The notes under the pieces are model-generated. The model was not told the origin of the DNA. It made no database searches and worked only from the letters and a program-made list of their open reading frames with translations. DNA of 63,500 nucleotides, the filler included, from Collodictyon triciliatum (Eukaryota): assembly GCA_043381765.1 (NCBI GenBank). It is 17 parts of 17 records of this genome, joined end to end, with 100 filler letters (N's around TTAATTAATTAA, not from the genome) between each part and the next. Parts side by side here need not be neighbours in the genome. Positions count along the whole stretch, not along the records: positions 12,062 to 15,982 come from JBHJMP010006708.1; positions 16,083 to 20,000 come from JBHJMP010006709.1; positions 20,101 to 24,016 come from JBHJMP010006710.1; positions 24,117 to 28,033 come from JBHJMP010006711.1; 13 more parts are not named here. One strand, 5' to 3'. The stretch's first letter is position 1; every line of letters begins with the position of its first letter. A program made the position numbers and the translations under genes. Shown here piece by piece: positions 13,118 through 26,584 of this stretch.

Positions 13118-13664
13118 CTTGAGATTGTGGTGAAACCCTTTTAGTAAGAAATAAATGAAAGCCGCACCAAACTCTCCTTGCACATCGTAATCAACGTTTT
13201 GAACCCGGATGCTCATCTTCTTGGAAAGCATTGTGAGAGTGGCCTTTGTTTGCAAATCAAGGTAATTCAATCTTGCGTTGGAATAAGTCATGCTAGACCA
13301 GATTTTTAAAAACTAGTGGGATTGCCGAAAATGGATGAGAAACAACAGACCTGTTCACATCCAGCCAAGCTCGCCAGTAACAAATGCAACGGTGTTGGTG
13401 CCTCATCGGTTTTTCTCTCGTCTGTCCCTATGTTGTGCTAAAAAACATTGGGATTTTGAATCAAGTCAGGGCTGGATGCAGGAAAAATACAACCGCAAAT
13501 CACATATATTCAACACATGACATGAAATACATATGCATGACTCGGTATTCAAGATATGACACAGATTGGGTTGGGGTAAAAAAGAATACTTTCTTGGGGG
13601 ACTCTACATCCACAAACTTTCCTCGAAAGTCCAACGCTGAGCCAGCAACTTTAACCTTATGCAT
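12609..13664 (-). CDS. OsmC/Ohr-family peroxiredoxin-like protein, complete, 5 exons
   Basis: Spliced product MHKVKVAG..ESPKK|HNIGTDE..APTPLHLLLASLAGCEQ|ATLTMLSKK..QGEF|DLRGMMG..ELVKM|TQERCPVAALF..ERVQ*; both catalytic cysteines (LAGC and RCPV) are present. Confidence 0.85.
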
Positions 13665-14319
13665 CGTGTTAATTGCGTATCGAAGAAAGAAGAAAGCAAA
13701 GCAAAGAAGAATATATTTGAGGTCTTGTCCAATGCTGTTCATCGCACACACACACCTGGCGCCACATCGGAGTTTCAAACTGGGAAGATGCTTGCAGCAT
13801 GACACGACCAAGTCGAATAACAGACATTTTCTTGCTGCTTGGAAGTTTCTTTTTCTTGTGTGTTGGGGTCTGCCTTTGTGTTTGAAAAATAGCTGATAAG
13901 TTTGCGTCATGTTTGTGACATTTGAAAGATGAGTCTGATTCTTATTCTCTTGTTCATTCTTCTCTCCGTTCTGATTCTTCCAGTTGATATGCATATAGTG
14001 AGGATGTTTGGCCAGGCTCTTAATCTCTTAGTGTGCGTTGTCCTTGCCTGGTGATGTTCTTGTGTCTTCCATAGAGCAAATACTCTGGCGAAGGCAATAA
14101 TTTTTCTGGTGCACTGGCGCTATTATACCCTCGGAGTTATAAAGGTTGCCTCGGTAAAATTATCCTCTCTCTTTTTGTCCTTTTTTCTTTTGATTTAGCC
14201 GCATTACAACGCCGGAGATGTCACAATGACGCGCCCACAGCACACAATTACCCGAAGAGGAGGTGCAAAGGTGTTGGTCAGCACAAAAGGCAACTTGAAA
14301 AACCAGCTACCGTCGCTAA

Positions 14320-15793
14320 ATGGATACGCCTAAGATTACAGAAGAAAAAGACAAAGACAAAGAAAAAGAAAAAGANNNNNNNNNNNNNNNNNNNNNNNNN
14401 NNNNNNNNNNNNNNNNNNNNNNNNNNNNNNNNNNNNNNNNNNNNNNNNNNNNNNNNNNNNNNNNNNNNNNNNNNNNNNNNNNNNNNNNNNNNNNNNNNNN
14501 NNNNNNNNNNNNNNNNNNNNNNNNNNNNNNNNNNNNNNNNNNNNNNNNNNNNNNNNNNNNNNNNNNNNNNNNNNNNNNNNNNNNNNNNNNNNNNNNNNNN
14601 NNNNNNNNNNNNNNNNNNNNNNNNNNNNNNNNNNNNNNNNNNNNNNNNNNNNNNNNNNNNNNNNNNNNNNNNNNNNNNNNNNNNNNNNNNNNNNNNNNNN
14701 NNNNNNNNNNNNNNNNNNNNNNNNNNNNNNNNNNNNNNNNNNNNNNNNNNNNNNNNNNNNNNNNNNNNNNNNNNNNNNNNNNNNNNNNNNNNNNNNNNNN
14801 NNNNNNNNNNNNNNNNNNNNNNNNNNNNNNNNNNNNNNNNNNNNNNNNNNNNNNNNNNNNNNAAAAAAAACGCCTGTAGAAAAGATCATCACAAACGACC
14901 GCCATATACCGCAACGATCTCTCTGGTCTTTTGTTTCGCCTGGGATGGAGTTGAGTCTCGGGGATTCCAAGAAGAACACACGCAAACACAACCGCTTCCC
15001 CCGAAGGCAGCTGATCTTTTATCTCCAGCTGCGAATCAGCCACGCACAGGAACTCAACAAGATCATAAACACGACTGCGTACGAGTCGATTCAGGAAGAA
15101 ATGGCAAAGGAGTTTGGGGTTGTCCGGTCGATCCGCAACCTGAAGGACAAATACACACACTTAAAGTATCTCATGAAGGTTCTTATTGCTATGCTTTCCA
15201 ATATTTATATTTTAAGCAATAGTATTCGTGCTATCATTTAATTATTGATTAATTTTTTTTATTATTACTTATTATGATAAACTTATGTGACTTTTACGGG
15301 CAGATAGGAAAATGCGAGGACGACTATATACAGGATTTAATGAAGCAGCTTGAGTACCTTGAGAGGAAGGATGAGTTCCAACAAGTTGTGGTAAGTATCG
15401 CCGACAGTTCTCAAATGCATATATTCATAGTTAGTGTGCATTTTTCCTTTTACTGTATATATTGGGCCGTTCGCCATTAATTATATCTACGCATTTACTG
15501 CCCTGTTTTTTCTTCTTCTCATCCTGTCGACAAAGGAATATTAACTACTTTATCAAATTTTTATATGTAAAAATGCAAATTTATGACAGCTTTTTTTCAA
15601 CTTTTATTCCGATCAAACCTTCTCAAAACAAGAGAAGCATACAACAATTATCCCACTATTTTTTTTAAAAAAATAAATAATACAATATAATATAATCTCC
15701 CACAAAAAATTTCTCAGTTTCCCCGCGAGTACGAACAAATAACACACCAAGCTCGCATGACCAGCACATTCATGCACCGAACAGATGACCAAG
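14320..15793 (+). CDS. Myb/SANT-like (trihelix/MADF-type) DNA-binding protein, gapped and partial
   Basis: [44 protein letters not shown] has trihelix spacing; GT-AG exons at about 14863-15178, 15304-15390 and 15718-15793. The start at 14320 is tentative. Confidence 0.55.
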
Positions 15794-15841
15794 GTGAGCT
15801 ACCCATCCCTTTCGCTATTAACCATATTATATTATATTCTA

Positions 15842-15893
15842 ATCCATCCATCCATCCATCCATCCATCCATCTATCCATCCATCCATCCATCC

Positions 15894-15982
<89 letters not shown>
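15842..15982. repeat. (TCCA)n(TCTA)n microsatellite
   Basis: Direct tandem repeat at contig end. Confidence 0.95.
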
Positions 15983-16082
15983 NNNNNNNNNNNNNNNNNN
16001 NNNNNNNNNNNNNNNNNNNNNNNNNNTTAATTAATTAANNNNNNNNNNNNNNNNNNNNNNNNNNNNNNNNNNNNNNNNNNNN

Positions 16083-16179
<97 letters not shown>

Positions 16180-16182
16180 CGC

Positions 16183-18862
16183 ACAATCATCTGGATAGTC
16201 CTGAATTTTTGGGTTGGAAGATAACGGCATTGGTGTCTTGGTTTCATGCCCAGGCCTTACTGATGGAGGAGCGACTGCTTTCATGTATTTTTGCCATTCA
16301 CCATATTGCTCGACTAATGAGCTTAGGTGTGCAAACTTGGGTGCAGATGAGGGTTGATGATTTGAATCTGATATATTTGGTGCCTGATGGTTGGGGGGAG
16401 GGGATGCACTACGGAAGGCCAGAGGGTACTTGGACACCTACATATGCAGGTACAAGATTGATATATGTTACGGAATATAAGGTAGGCTTTGGAAATACTA
16501 AAATATTAACATTATGAATACACACATCGCATAGATGCAATCATATATAAATTAAAGAAAAAAAAAGGAGAAAACTAGAAGTAATAAACTGAGGTATCAA
16601 ATACAACTGAAAAGTGATGGAATAACACAAACATTTCCAAAAGCGCTCATGCTCATGTAATGTTGCCAGACTTGCAAATAATGAAGTTGCCATTCCAAAG
16701 ATAAGTGAGACATGGCTGAATAGAAGTCAAGAAACAGGTATGGATAGGAGGCTGCAGCACGAGATGCCAACTTGTGAATAACCTCGTCGGATAATTCAGT
16801 ATTTCCTGACTTCATTGGTGTTTGTGGGGCGGAAACACGCACATAAACTGGATATGGTCCGGAAGGCTTCTTATCTGCATCCGAAAAAAACTGCTGATGG
16901 TCGATTGTGGATGCTATCAGTGCAGATTGGTTGACCTCGAGTGGAGGTGGCAGAGACATGAACTTAATTCTTGGGTTTCCATCATCCCCATTGTCAGTCT
17001 TACTTCCCCAGTTAGGATTTGCGTTGGGTCCAGAGAGGAACCGAGGAACAGCAAATGCAGATGCTTGAGCATCATAATCTGGAGGATACTTGTGCTGCGA
17101 GTCATCTAAACAATATACATTACATGTTTGTCAGATGCAAAGACCAAGAAGGATGAGCTGAAAAAATAAATGAGTGATATCAAAACAAAAGACGAGAAAG
17201 TTGAAATGGCCTTATGGACAAATACTTGATGTCATAGGCAAATCTGATTCCAATGTATGGTCAAGAACGCTCGCAGGTGCAACCTATAAATTTAGACGGT
17301 AGAAGGGTTTGAGCAGACTACTGATGCAAATCATATAAATTTAAAGGGACTGTTTCCTTCTTTTAATATTCTTTCATTTGCCAAAACAAAGCATCTTAAG
17401 TTTATGTAGAGGTGATTTAGTGATAGCATAACTGAAAGTATAATCAAAAGGATCGCCAGAAACCTGTTCAAAGTCAGATGTCGTATTTCTAGAGGATCTT
17501 AATGTTTTTCGTTTGCTTCCTTCAGGTGTTGGTGGGTCCTCATTAGTGGTGCGTGTAACAGTAACATTAGGCTACAAAATAATTGGGGGAATCGATATTG
17601 AATACCACGCAATATAACTATTTGTTTTTCTTTTATCCATGTCCTACATAGTTCTATTTTGTTTCACAAATATAAATCATTGTGTTGTAAATTGTCCCAG
17701 CAGAAGAGGGTGGCACACAATAGAAGTCATGCAAACCTTGTCTGTAGATCATCAGGGCCAAGAACAGTTCCCGTTGTTTTATGTAATTTAATTTAGAATA
17801 TGAAAAAAGACTCGAAGTGAATTAAAATTAGGGATGGTCTAAAAACCCTTCCTCCCCTTGAATCGAATACAGGGGGAAATCATTAGGGATGACATTTCTT
17901 TGATACCTTTTGAGCTCTTATTACCACGATGAGTTTCCTTTCCGTGTCGTGAGGTTGAAACATCTAGAAGTACACGAGAAAAATAACTAGCGGTATCTAT
18001 GTGGTTTATTCAAAACGAAACCATGATCCCAAATCTTATTTGATTATGAAAGGAAGAATATATAATAATGACCTGTCCTCCTTTCAACATCTTTGAAAGG
18101 AGCAGATGACTGTGTGTGAATATTTGCGTCTGAATCAGCTGACATCTGAATGAATTTAAAATGGGCAAACTTTAAGGAAAAGAGGCATGCCCAATTATTG
18201 TCGCATTAATATGCTCATTCATTATGTTGCATAATCCTTGTGATGAAGTGGTAGAAATAAAGATATCAATTTGAGCGAAACAGTCTAAATATTATCCTGT
18301 TTGCTATGGTCTACTAATAGACTATTTTTGAGTTTTCCCGTACTTGGAAGACCCTCATGACTAAACAGAACAGAGGGATATATCCACTGAAAAAAAAAAT
18401 TACCCTCTTTGTAGATTTCAATGAATCCAGCGGCACATTTGTGTGATTGGCTTCATGGTCAGCGTTTGAATAGTCTCTCTTGTCCACCTTGTTCTTCTGG
18501 CGACTTAACTCTCTGCCCTGTTGATAAAAGAAAAGCCATAAATAAAAGAGAAAGGGCATTTTAGTTGTCTGCATAAAGTTAATGTAGGCAAGATACAGTC
18601 GCATACATTCTTTATATTTGTCAGCAAATACCCTAACATCTCCTCTGTTTGGTCTGGTATGTGTCTTTGCGGCGGTGGAATAGTCACTATGTTCTGCATC
18701 CTTTTCGGCTTCTCGAGGGCTGCTAACCATAGGTGTTTGTGGTCGCGATTCAACGCCCTTTGACGTTTTCGATCCTTTCGTCGTGCGTACGTCGGCCTTT
18801 GGTTTTATGCCCTTTGCTGGGGCTGTACGAGGCGGGGACTTTGACTCATTTCTATAGTTCGC
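16183..18862 (-). CDS. Multi-exon low-complexity (S/P/K-rich) protein of unknown function, partial
   Basis: Open exons bounded by GT-AG at about 16183-16447, 16634-17105, 18405-18520 and 18636-18862; no domain recognised. Confidence 0.5.
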
Positions 18863-20100
18863 CTACAAAGGATCCAAAAATATCAGTATAATCTCTGTCT
18901 GAGTTTGAGTTTAGTGGTTGGGCATTTGTTTATTGTGCATCAGGGAATCAGCCTTCTACCATAAGTATATTCCTTCATGACATAAAAGGAGGATGGATAT
19001 GAGTCTTTTGTANNNNNNNNNNNNNNNNNNNNNNNNNNNNNNNNNNNNNNNNNNNNNNNNNNNNNNNNNNNNNNNNNNNNNNNNNNNNNNNNNNNNNNNN
19101 NNNNNNNNNNNNNNNNNNNNNNNNNNNNNNNNNNNNNNNNNNNNNNNNNNNNNNNNNNNNNNNNNNNNNNNNNNNNNNNNNNNNNNNNNNNNNNNNNNNN
19201 NNNNNNNNNNNNNNNNNNNNNNNNNNNNNNNNNNNNNNNNNNNNNNNNNNNNNNNNNNNNNNNNNNNNNNNNNNNNNNNNNNNNNNNNNNNNNNNNNNNN
19301 NNNNNNNNNNNNNNNNNNNNNNNNNNNNNNNNNNNNNNNNNNNNNNNNNNNNNNNNNNNNNNNNNNNNNNNNNNNNNNNNNNNNNNNNNNNNNNNNNNNN
19401 NNNNNNNNNNNNNNNNNNNNNNNNNNNNNNNNNNNNNNNNNNNNTTTGTCCGATCAACGATATGGTGGATGTTATAATTTCCAGATATAGATTAATAGAT
19501 TTGGAAGCGCAAACAGGCCTTAAAAACAAACAACAACAAAAACCTGCAGGGCGGAGGGAAGAACTCAAAAAGAAGAGAACATGATTTTTTTCACATATTC
19601 GATTCAAAGGAGAAAAAAAAACAAGAAAGGCACCGTGCAAAAAAAGGTCATTGGCTGATACGTTCTCCTACCAGATGCCAATAGTGGGAGTTGAGACCAG
19701 ATGCTGGGTGTACAAAGGTTAATGCAAATCAATACCTAACGCTTTTAAAAGCCAACATCTTCACCATCCTGCACAAAATTGAAAGGAAGAATAAAAAAAA
19801 AAAAACCTAACGCTTTTACCCTCTCCCTAACCGTTTCTTCTCATCCCGCGATACTCTCTGATATCCATATGCTGTTAAACACACAGACTTGAAGGGCGGT
19901 TGTTTTCATCCCTTTTCTCACACCACATCGCAAGGGTAACATCATATTCTTGCATGTCTTTTTTTTTTTTTTCATTTAATGTCTTTTCTTCGGTTAGTAA
20001 NNNNNNNNNNNNNNNNNNNNNNNNNNNNNNNNNNNNNNNNNNNNTTAATTAATTAANNNNNNNNNNNNNNNNNNNNNNNNNNNNNNNNNNNNNNNNNNNN

Positions 20101-20182
<82 letters not shown>
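20101..20182. repeat. (CT)n microsatellite
   Basis: Direct tandem repeat at contig start. Confidence 0.95.
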
Positions 20183-20186
<4 letters not shown>

Positions 20187-20380
20187 GTGTGTGCGTGCTC
20201 CTCCCTATCCCCCGTGCTCTCCTTTGTTCGCAATTACCAGACAGGGCTCATCCACTGATGAGTCGAGTTCTTTGAGCCGATCCTTCCGCTCTTCACTCTA
20301 ACACAGCCATAGTGGCGATCAGGCACTCGCTGACAAGGCACCCTTCTCACCCTTTGATTTCCTCTTGACCACACAGCTAG

Positions 20381-23300
20381 ATGGCGAATAGCAAAAGCCT
20401 CTTTACTCTGCCGCGCCTATCAGCACAGCACAAACTTTTCCTTTGTGTTGCAGTCTTTGTTCTTCTATGTTCCTTAGTGGAATCCACTGAAGCGCGGAGC
20501 CGAAAACCGATCTCCCGCTTCCTCTACAACGCGGAAAAGAGCCAAGGGACAAAGTCGGGTGGAAGTGATGACAGTGGAGAGGAGGCCAACCCGTCCGAAT
20601 TCTTGCAACTGGGTCTTGTCCTGGTCACTAGCATTGGTGTTATTACTGTACTTCACCAGTTCCACGTGACAATCATCCCAGAAAGCGTCGTCATCATGCT
20701 AATTGGTGCGTTCTTCTGAATCATTTCTTCATGTGTCGCGTATGGGCGTGACGCTACCTTCATGCATATATTTTTTTTTATTCATATTTACAACGAATGG
20801 ATGACTCGGCGTGTGTATTATTTATAATCTACGTACTCACATCCTATTGCTTTTTTACCCACGGCCTTTTTCAATTTTTTTTTTTTTTTTGTCATGCCCT
20901 ACTTGATGTGCTCATGTATCAGCCTAATATCCCCTCTTACAGGAATGATTGTGGGAGGAGTCGTACGTCTGATCAACAGAAACTCAGAGTCCAACTGGGA
21001 TGATGCTTTCAGTTTTAGTCCTGACGTGTTTTTCTTCTTTCTCTTGCCACCAATTATCTTCGAGAGCGGTTACAGCGTTCAAAAGGTTCATAACTAGATT
21101 CATTTAAAATCATATCACATACATACATACATACATACATACATACATACATACATACATACATACATACATACATACATACATACATACATACATACAT
21201 ACATACATACATACACACACAAAAAAAAAGTAAAGAATGCAATACATGCAAAACTTACCACATTCTTTTCCTCAGAGAACGTTTTTTCACAACTTCGGAG
21301 CCATTAGCGCCTATGCTGTTCTCGGTACCATTATCTCAAACACTGTCATTAGTGCGGGGCTTTATGGTCTAGGAAGTACAGGGGTAAAGTCATTAATAAA
21401 TGTCATGATAATGGGTGCTGATATACATTCAAAATGTGCTTGTGATTTAAACGAATACCTTGTTAAATATCACAAAGGAATGATAAATTATTCTACATAT
21501 GTGTTCATATAATTCAGTATGTGATACTTTCAGATCTCAACCGAGCCGGATATATGCTTTGATATATACAGGCAATTTATGAACTTAAATGGGGGGAATG
21601 CTTGGTTTTTGGAGCCCTGATATCTGCAGTGGACCCTGTGGCAACATTGGCTGTCTTCTCTGAGATGGGTAGTTCCATCGACCCCGACCTTTTCTCCACT
21701 ATATTTGGTGAGAGTGTCTTGAATGATGCAGTTTCTATCGTGTTGTTCAGGTTTGCCATAAGTTAAAGTAATCAATCACATATTTTAGACGCGAACATGT
21801 CATAGTTTCATTCTTGGTTTTCAATAGATGGAAGGAAAAACAAACAAACAATATATTATCTACATTTATTCTCTATCATTTACAGAACTTTTGAAGATAA
21901 GTTTCTTGATGAATCAGAAGTCACCAGTAATATCGTTCTTGAAGCTGTCGGAACAGCATTCTTAATTTTCTTTGGTTCTATGTTGTTGGGATTCGTCTTT
22001 GGTTTGCTGATGACACTGGTGAATTTCTGATATCCAACTCCTTTTTTTTTTTTTTTTTACTTCATGATTACACTGTACACACTATTTTCCCTGTCGACTC
22101 ATTTGAGAGTAAAGACTGAATACTTTTATGTAATACTATGGTTTTGTTGAAAAAAACACACAACTTAATAGTGACTTTCTTTTCCCACCTCGTCATATTT
22201 AGGCTTTTAAGCATTCTAGAGAGAAGTCTATCAAGTTGGAGGTTGTTACAGCATTCATGTTTGGGTACACGACTTACCTTGTCTGCGAATCTCTTGAATT
22301 GTCCGGTATTGTCGGGATGCTTTTCTGTGGCATTACAGGTTCTCATTATGGAAGCTACAATATGAGTCCACAAGGGCGTGTAAGTCAAAAACAAAAAACA
22401 AATTCCAAAGGATTCGTATATCAATTGTCCACAAATATTGAGTTTTTAATTAGCACAATTAGTATCCCTATTCGGCTATACACTATGCTTTTTACTTTCA
22501 TTGACAAAAAAAAAAAGCACGCAGTTATGTTTCAATTTATTTTCCCTGAAAACTATATTCTACGGAATACTTGACAGACTTCCCTGGAAACTGGCTTGAA
22601 AGTAATAGCATTTGCTGCAGAAACGGCAGTTTTTGCTTATCTTGGAATGGCATTGGCTGTTTTCAATTTAAATTTCAAATGGGATTTAATTTGGATGTCA
22701 ATTGTATCCGACTTTAATATTCTTTGTGTATATTGGTAAACTGCTTTGATGGATTCCTAAAATTGCACACAATTGCTATTTCTTTTGAATTTTTCCTTTA
22801 TTGGATTCAAAGTATTTCTTTTGAAATATATAAAGAGGACTATCCTGTTCAATGCATCGAATATTCTTATTTTCTCTTGACTAATTGACTCGTCAGTTCC
22901 TTTGCTTGTTGGGAAGATTCTTGAACATCTTCCCACTTTCCCTTGTCCTCAACAGATTCCGAAAGAACCACATATCGATGAAGAACCAGGTAATGTTATC
23001 GTTCACCTTAAATTCCAGATCACATTGTTTACTCCAACAATATTGCTAACGTCACAAATTTCTATTATCGTAAAGATTGTTATGTGGTTTGCAGGTTTGC
23101 CCTTTTTTTTCATGTCATGAGAAACCCTATCCCCAAACACATTTGATTACACTTTGGGTCATACAACGAACGATACCAGTTCCCATTGCCAACACTTCTC
23201 ATCATGTCTACTCTTTGCATATCACGTTTGTTAATTGCCTTTTCGGTTTACCTTCCAGGTTTGAGAGGAGCCATTGCGTTTGCCCTCGCCCTTTACCTGG

Positions 23301-23891
23301 ACACCGACAACGAGATTATAATTCTCACAGCCACGCTTATCATCGTGCTATTTACTACAATCGTTTTTGGTATTGGAACAACACCACTGGTTAAGTTGCT
23401 TAAGCTTGAGGTTTTTTTTTATTATTATGCAAACAGTCTACTGATGACATTGCCAAATCTGCGCCTATTGCCCAAAATGAATACAATTATCAAAACCCAT
23501 ATGTGCCTACGATTTGAAAACAATATACAACCAATAACTCATATGAAAAGAAATAATATGCATTTAATTACTACTGTAGTACACGCCAGTCCAAACACCG
23601 ATTCATAAAATACGTTCGCACCCCTGGAACAAATTCGACAATAAGTATGTTCAATAAAAAAAAATTGATTATCCTTCAATAGCGATTTGGTGATTTCGCT
23701 TTTCTTGGACTTGTACTTAATTACCTTGCCCTGAATTTTGTTTAAAAGCATTCAGCTTATGTGACTTACTATGATACTCAAGGTATTTCAAGCCGTTCTT
23801 CCTATCAGAAGAGGCATTAAGATACAAGCAGAAGCTTCGTGATGAGAAGGCTTCCGTTATTTTGCCTGGCCGCGAGGCATTTAGCGAGTAA
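20381..23891 (+). CDS. NHE8: Intracellular-type Na+/H+ exchanger (CPA1, NHE8/SLC9A8-like), apparently complete, about 12 exons
   Basis: Signal peptide, [95 protein letters not shown] and [13 protein letters not shown]; all exons join in phase. Confidence 0.9.
22704..22896 (+). other. Candidate U12-type (minor spliceosome) GT-AG intron
   Basis: Donor GTATCCGA; TTCTCTTGAC branch-like motif at 22872-22881 with the A 16 nt from the AG; no polypyrimidine tract. Confidence 0.6.
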
Positions 23892-23930
23892 AGCTTTTTT
23901 TTTTTTTTCTGTAGTCGTTGTTATTGTTGG

Positions 23931-24016
<86 letters not shown>

Positions 24017-24140
24017 NNNNNNNNNNNNNNNNNNNNNNNNNNNNNNNNNNNNNNNNNNNNTTAATTAATTAANNNNNNNNNNNNNNNNNNNNNNNNNNNN
24101 NNNNNNNNNNNNNNNNAAAAAAAAAAAAAAAAAAAAAAAA

Positions 24141-24175
<35 letters not shown>

Positions 24176-24278
24176 ACCTGAATTTCAACATGTAAATAAT
24201 CCCTGGGTCACAGGGAAAAATATGTTCAATCAGATATGTGAAAGAAAATTGGAAATAAATTGAGTGAATTCCCTATTA

Positions 24279-26506
24279 CGTGCGTTCTTTGAACTAATTG
24301 GTCGAACTCATAAAGCTCGATGGAATGCCCTAGGAGAAAGCAATGAAACGAGGTAAAATATGAAATTATATAAAGAAAAATACAAATTAAGGTAATATTA
24401 CTTTCTACACTCAGTATTTTTTCCCCTCTCGAAATGACATTTGACCCCAAATCGTATGTATATACAAATTATCTACCTGGGATGGCCGACAAGTTTTTCT
24501 TCAATATTAAGCGACGAGTGGACTCTGAGGGTAGAATCATCTTTACATGCTGTTCGGTAATAGTATCGACATTTNNNNNNNNNNNNNNNNNNNNNNNNNN
24601 NNNNNNNNNNNNNNNNNNNNNNNNNNNNNNNNNNNNNNNNNNNNNNNNNNNNNNNNNNNNNNNNNNNNNNNNNNNNNNNNTAAAATCACTCAATAAAAGG
24701 TTATTTTAGTTACTAATAACAAGAATTGTTTTGTAAAACCGCATTTAGTTATACTGGGATATGATGCATACGAAGATATAAACAAAAGGCACCTGATCAA
24801 GTCTCCCCGGACGAAGAAACGCAGAGTCTACAAGCTCCGGATTCGTAGATACTAAATATATTTTCCATTGATGGTCACATTACCGTTTTGAATAATCAAC
24901 ATACTATGCATTCTTCGTGTAAAATTTTTTTGTTCTGGCAATCTTTAAAAAAAAAACCAGTCTACTTGCAATCAAAATAAAGTCAGGAATTGCAAGGGCT
25001 TGGGTCGTGACTCCATCTATTTCTGATGATACATAATCCATAAAACTCGGGTTAGACATTTTTTTCTCGTCAGGTTCGAATATCTCGGTGACAATTTTTA
25101 TTGTTATTTTTCGTAGTAAATACTCATCGCTTAACTCACCAGTCAACAGTGTGCTCAATAATCTATCCCCAGCTTTGGACCCATCACTCTGTCTGGACCG
25201 AGAGCTTGCGATTGATTCCACATTATCAATTATAATGATGCACGGAGCGCTGGTAAGTTTTGTTTGTTTTCTTCAGATTAATGAGAACAATGAAAATGAA
25301 AATAATGAAAGTGACTTTGAAAAAAACCTTTCTCGTGCTTTTTGAAAAATTCGTGATAACTCTTTTTCGGAATCTCCGACGTATTTGGAAAGGATTTGAG
25401 ATGCCTTTACACACGACACATATAATTCTTAAGCATCAATCATTTTATTTATTGCAAAGATAGGATTACGATAAAGGAACAAAAAAAAAAATGGTATTAT
25501 AGCTTGGGAGTTACACACGTCTACAGCGAGAACATTGACCCCAGATTCATTAGCAACTGAAATTGCAATGGCTGTTTTTCCTGTTCCTGTTGGTCCTGAT
25601 ATAAATACACCGCGCGGTGGTCTTATTCCCAGGCGCATGTATTTTTCTGGACTGATAAATGGATCGATAACCATGCTCTATAAATGTGTGCAGTTTCACA
25701 AAGTCAACAGATTTGATTTATTTTTGTATTGATGCGCACTAGGACATGGATTTCTTTTTAAAAAAAATTATGAAATATGGTAAGGTATATGAATTTTGCT
25801 GTCGTGTTTCGCGATGCATATTACCTTTAGTATTTGATACTCTTTTTCGATGCCAACTAGATTGTATTGAACTCTCGAAGTGTCAATAATAATCCCTCGT
25901 AGTAAAGAAGGAACAACTCTCTCACGAGCTGACTGAAAATGCTTCAAACTGAGCTCATCCTTTAGAAATTTTTACAAGCATGATATTATGACAAAGTTTT
26001 TGTATGTGTATCAGAGTTGTATTTCGGAAAAGATTTTCAAAGATGGTTCAATACTGTTTTAATGTGACCATTTAAATCAAATATTACTGATCCTCTATCT
26101 TTAGAAAGTTCAATCACAGCTTCTGAGACGAGGTTGACAAGATCAGCTGGAGAAAATCCTGGGGTAATTTTGACGATACTCCATATGTAATCATCATATG
26201 CGCTTAAAAGACAGCGAGATTCCCACTGCCTTGCAAGGTAATACGATAGTATATCGTGTCTTTGTTGGTTGTTTGGATTACTCAAGGAAAAATCTTTTGA
26301 GAATCTGATAGGAGTTTTCAAACATGGGTGAATATTTTCAGCTTGACTCGAGGTACCAACGATGCATATTTTCAGTCTGTAATATTCAAAAATTTATGGT
26401 AGGTAGTTTAATAAAAACTTTTGATAGAAATCAAATGCCCTCGTAAAAAAATATATAAAACAAATAAATGTTGGTGGAATTCTGAACCTATTATTTATTT
26501 ATTTAC

Positions 26507-26584
<78 letters not shown>

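Noticed and set aside
13900-14150. Minus-strand ALWK.. segment resembling a LINE ORF2 tail
   Set aside because: No zinc knuckle or other supporting motif; lies in a divergent promoter region.
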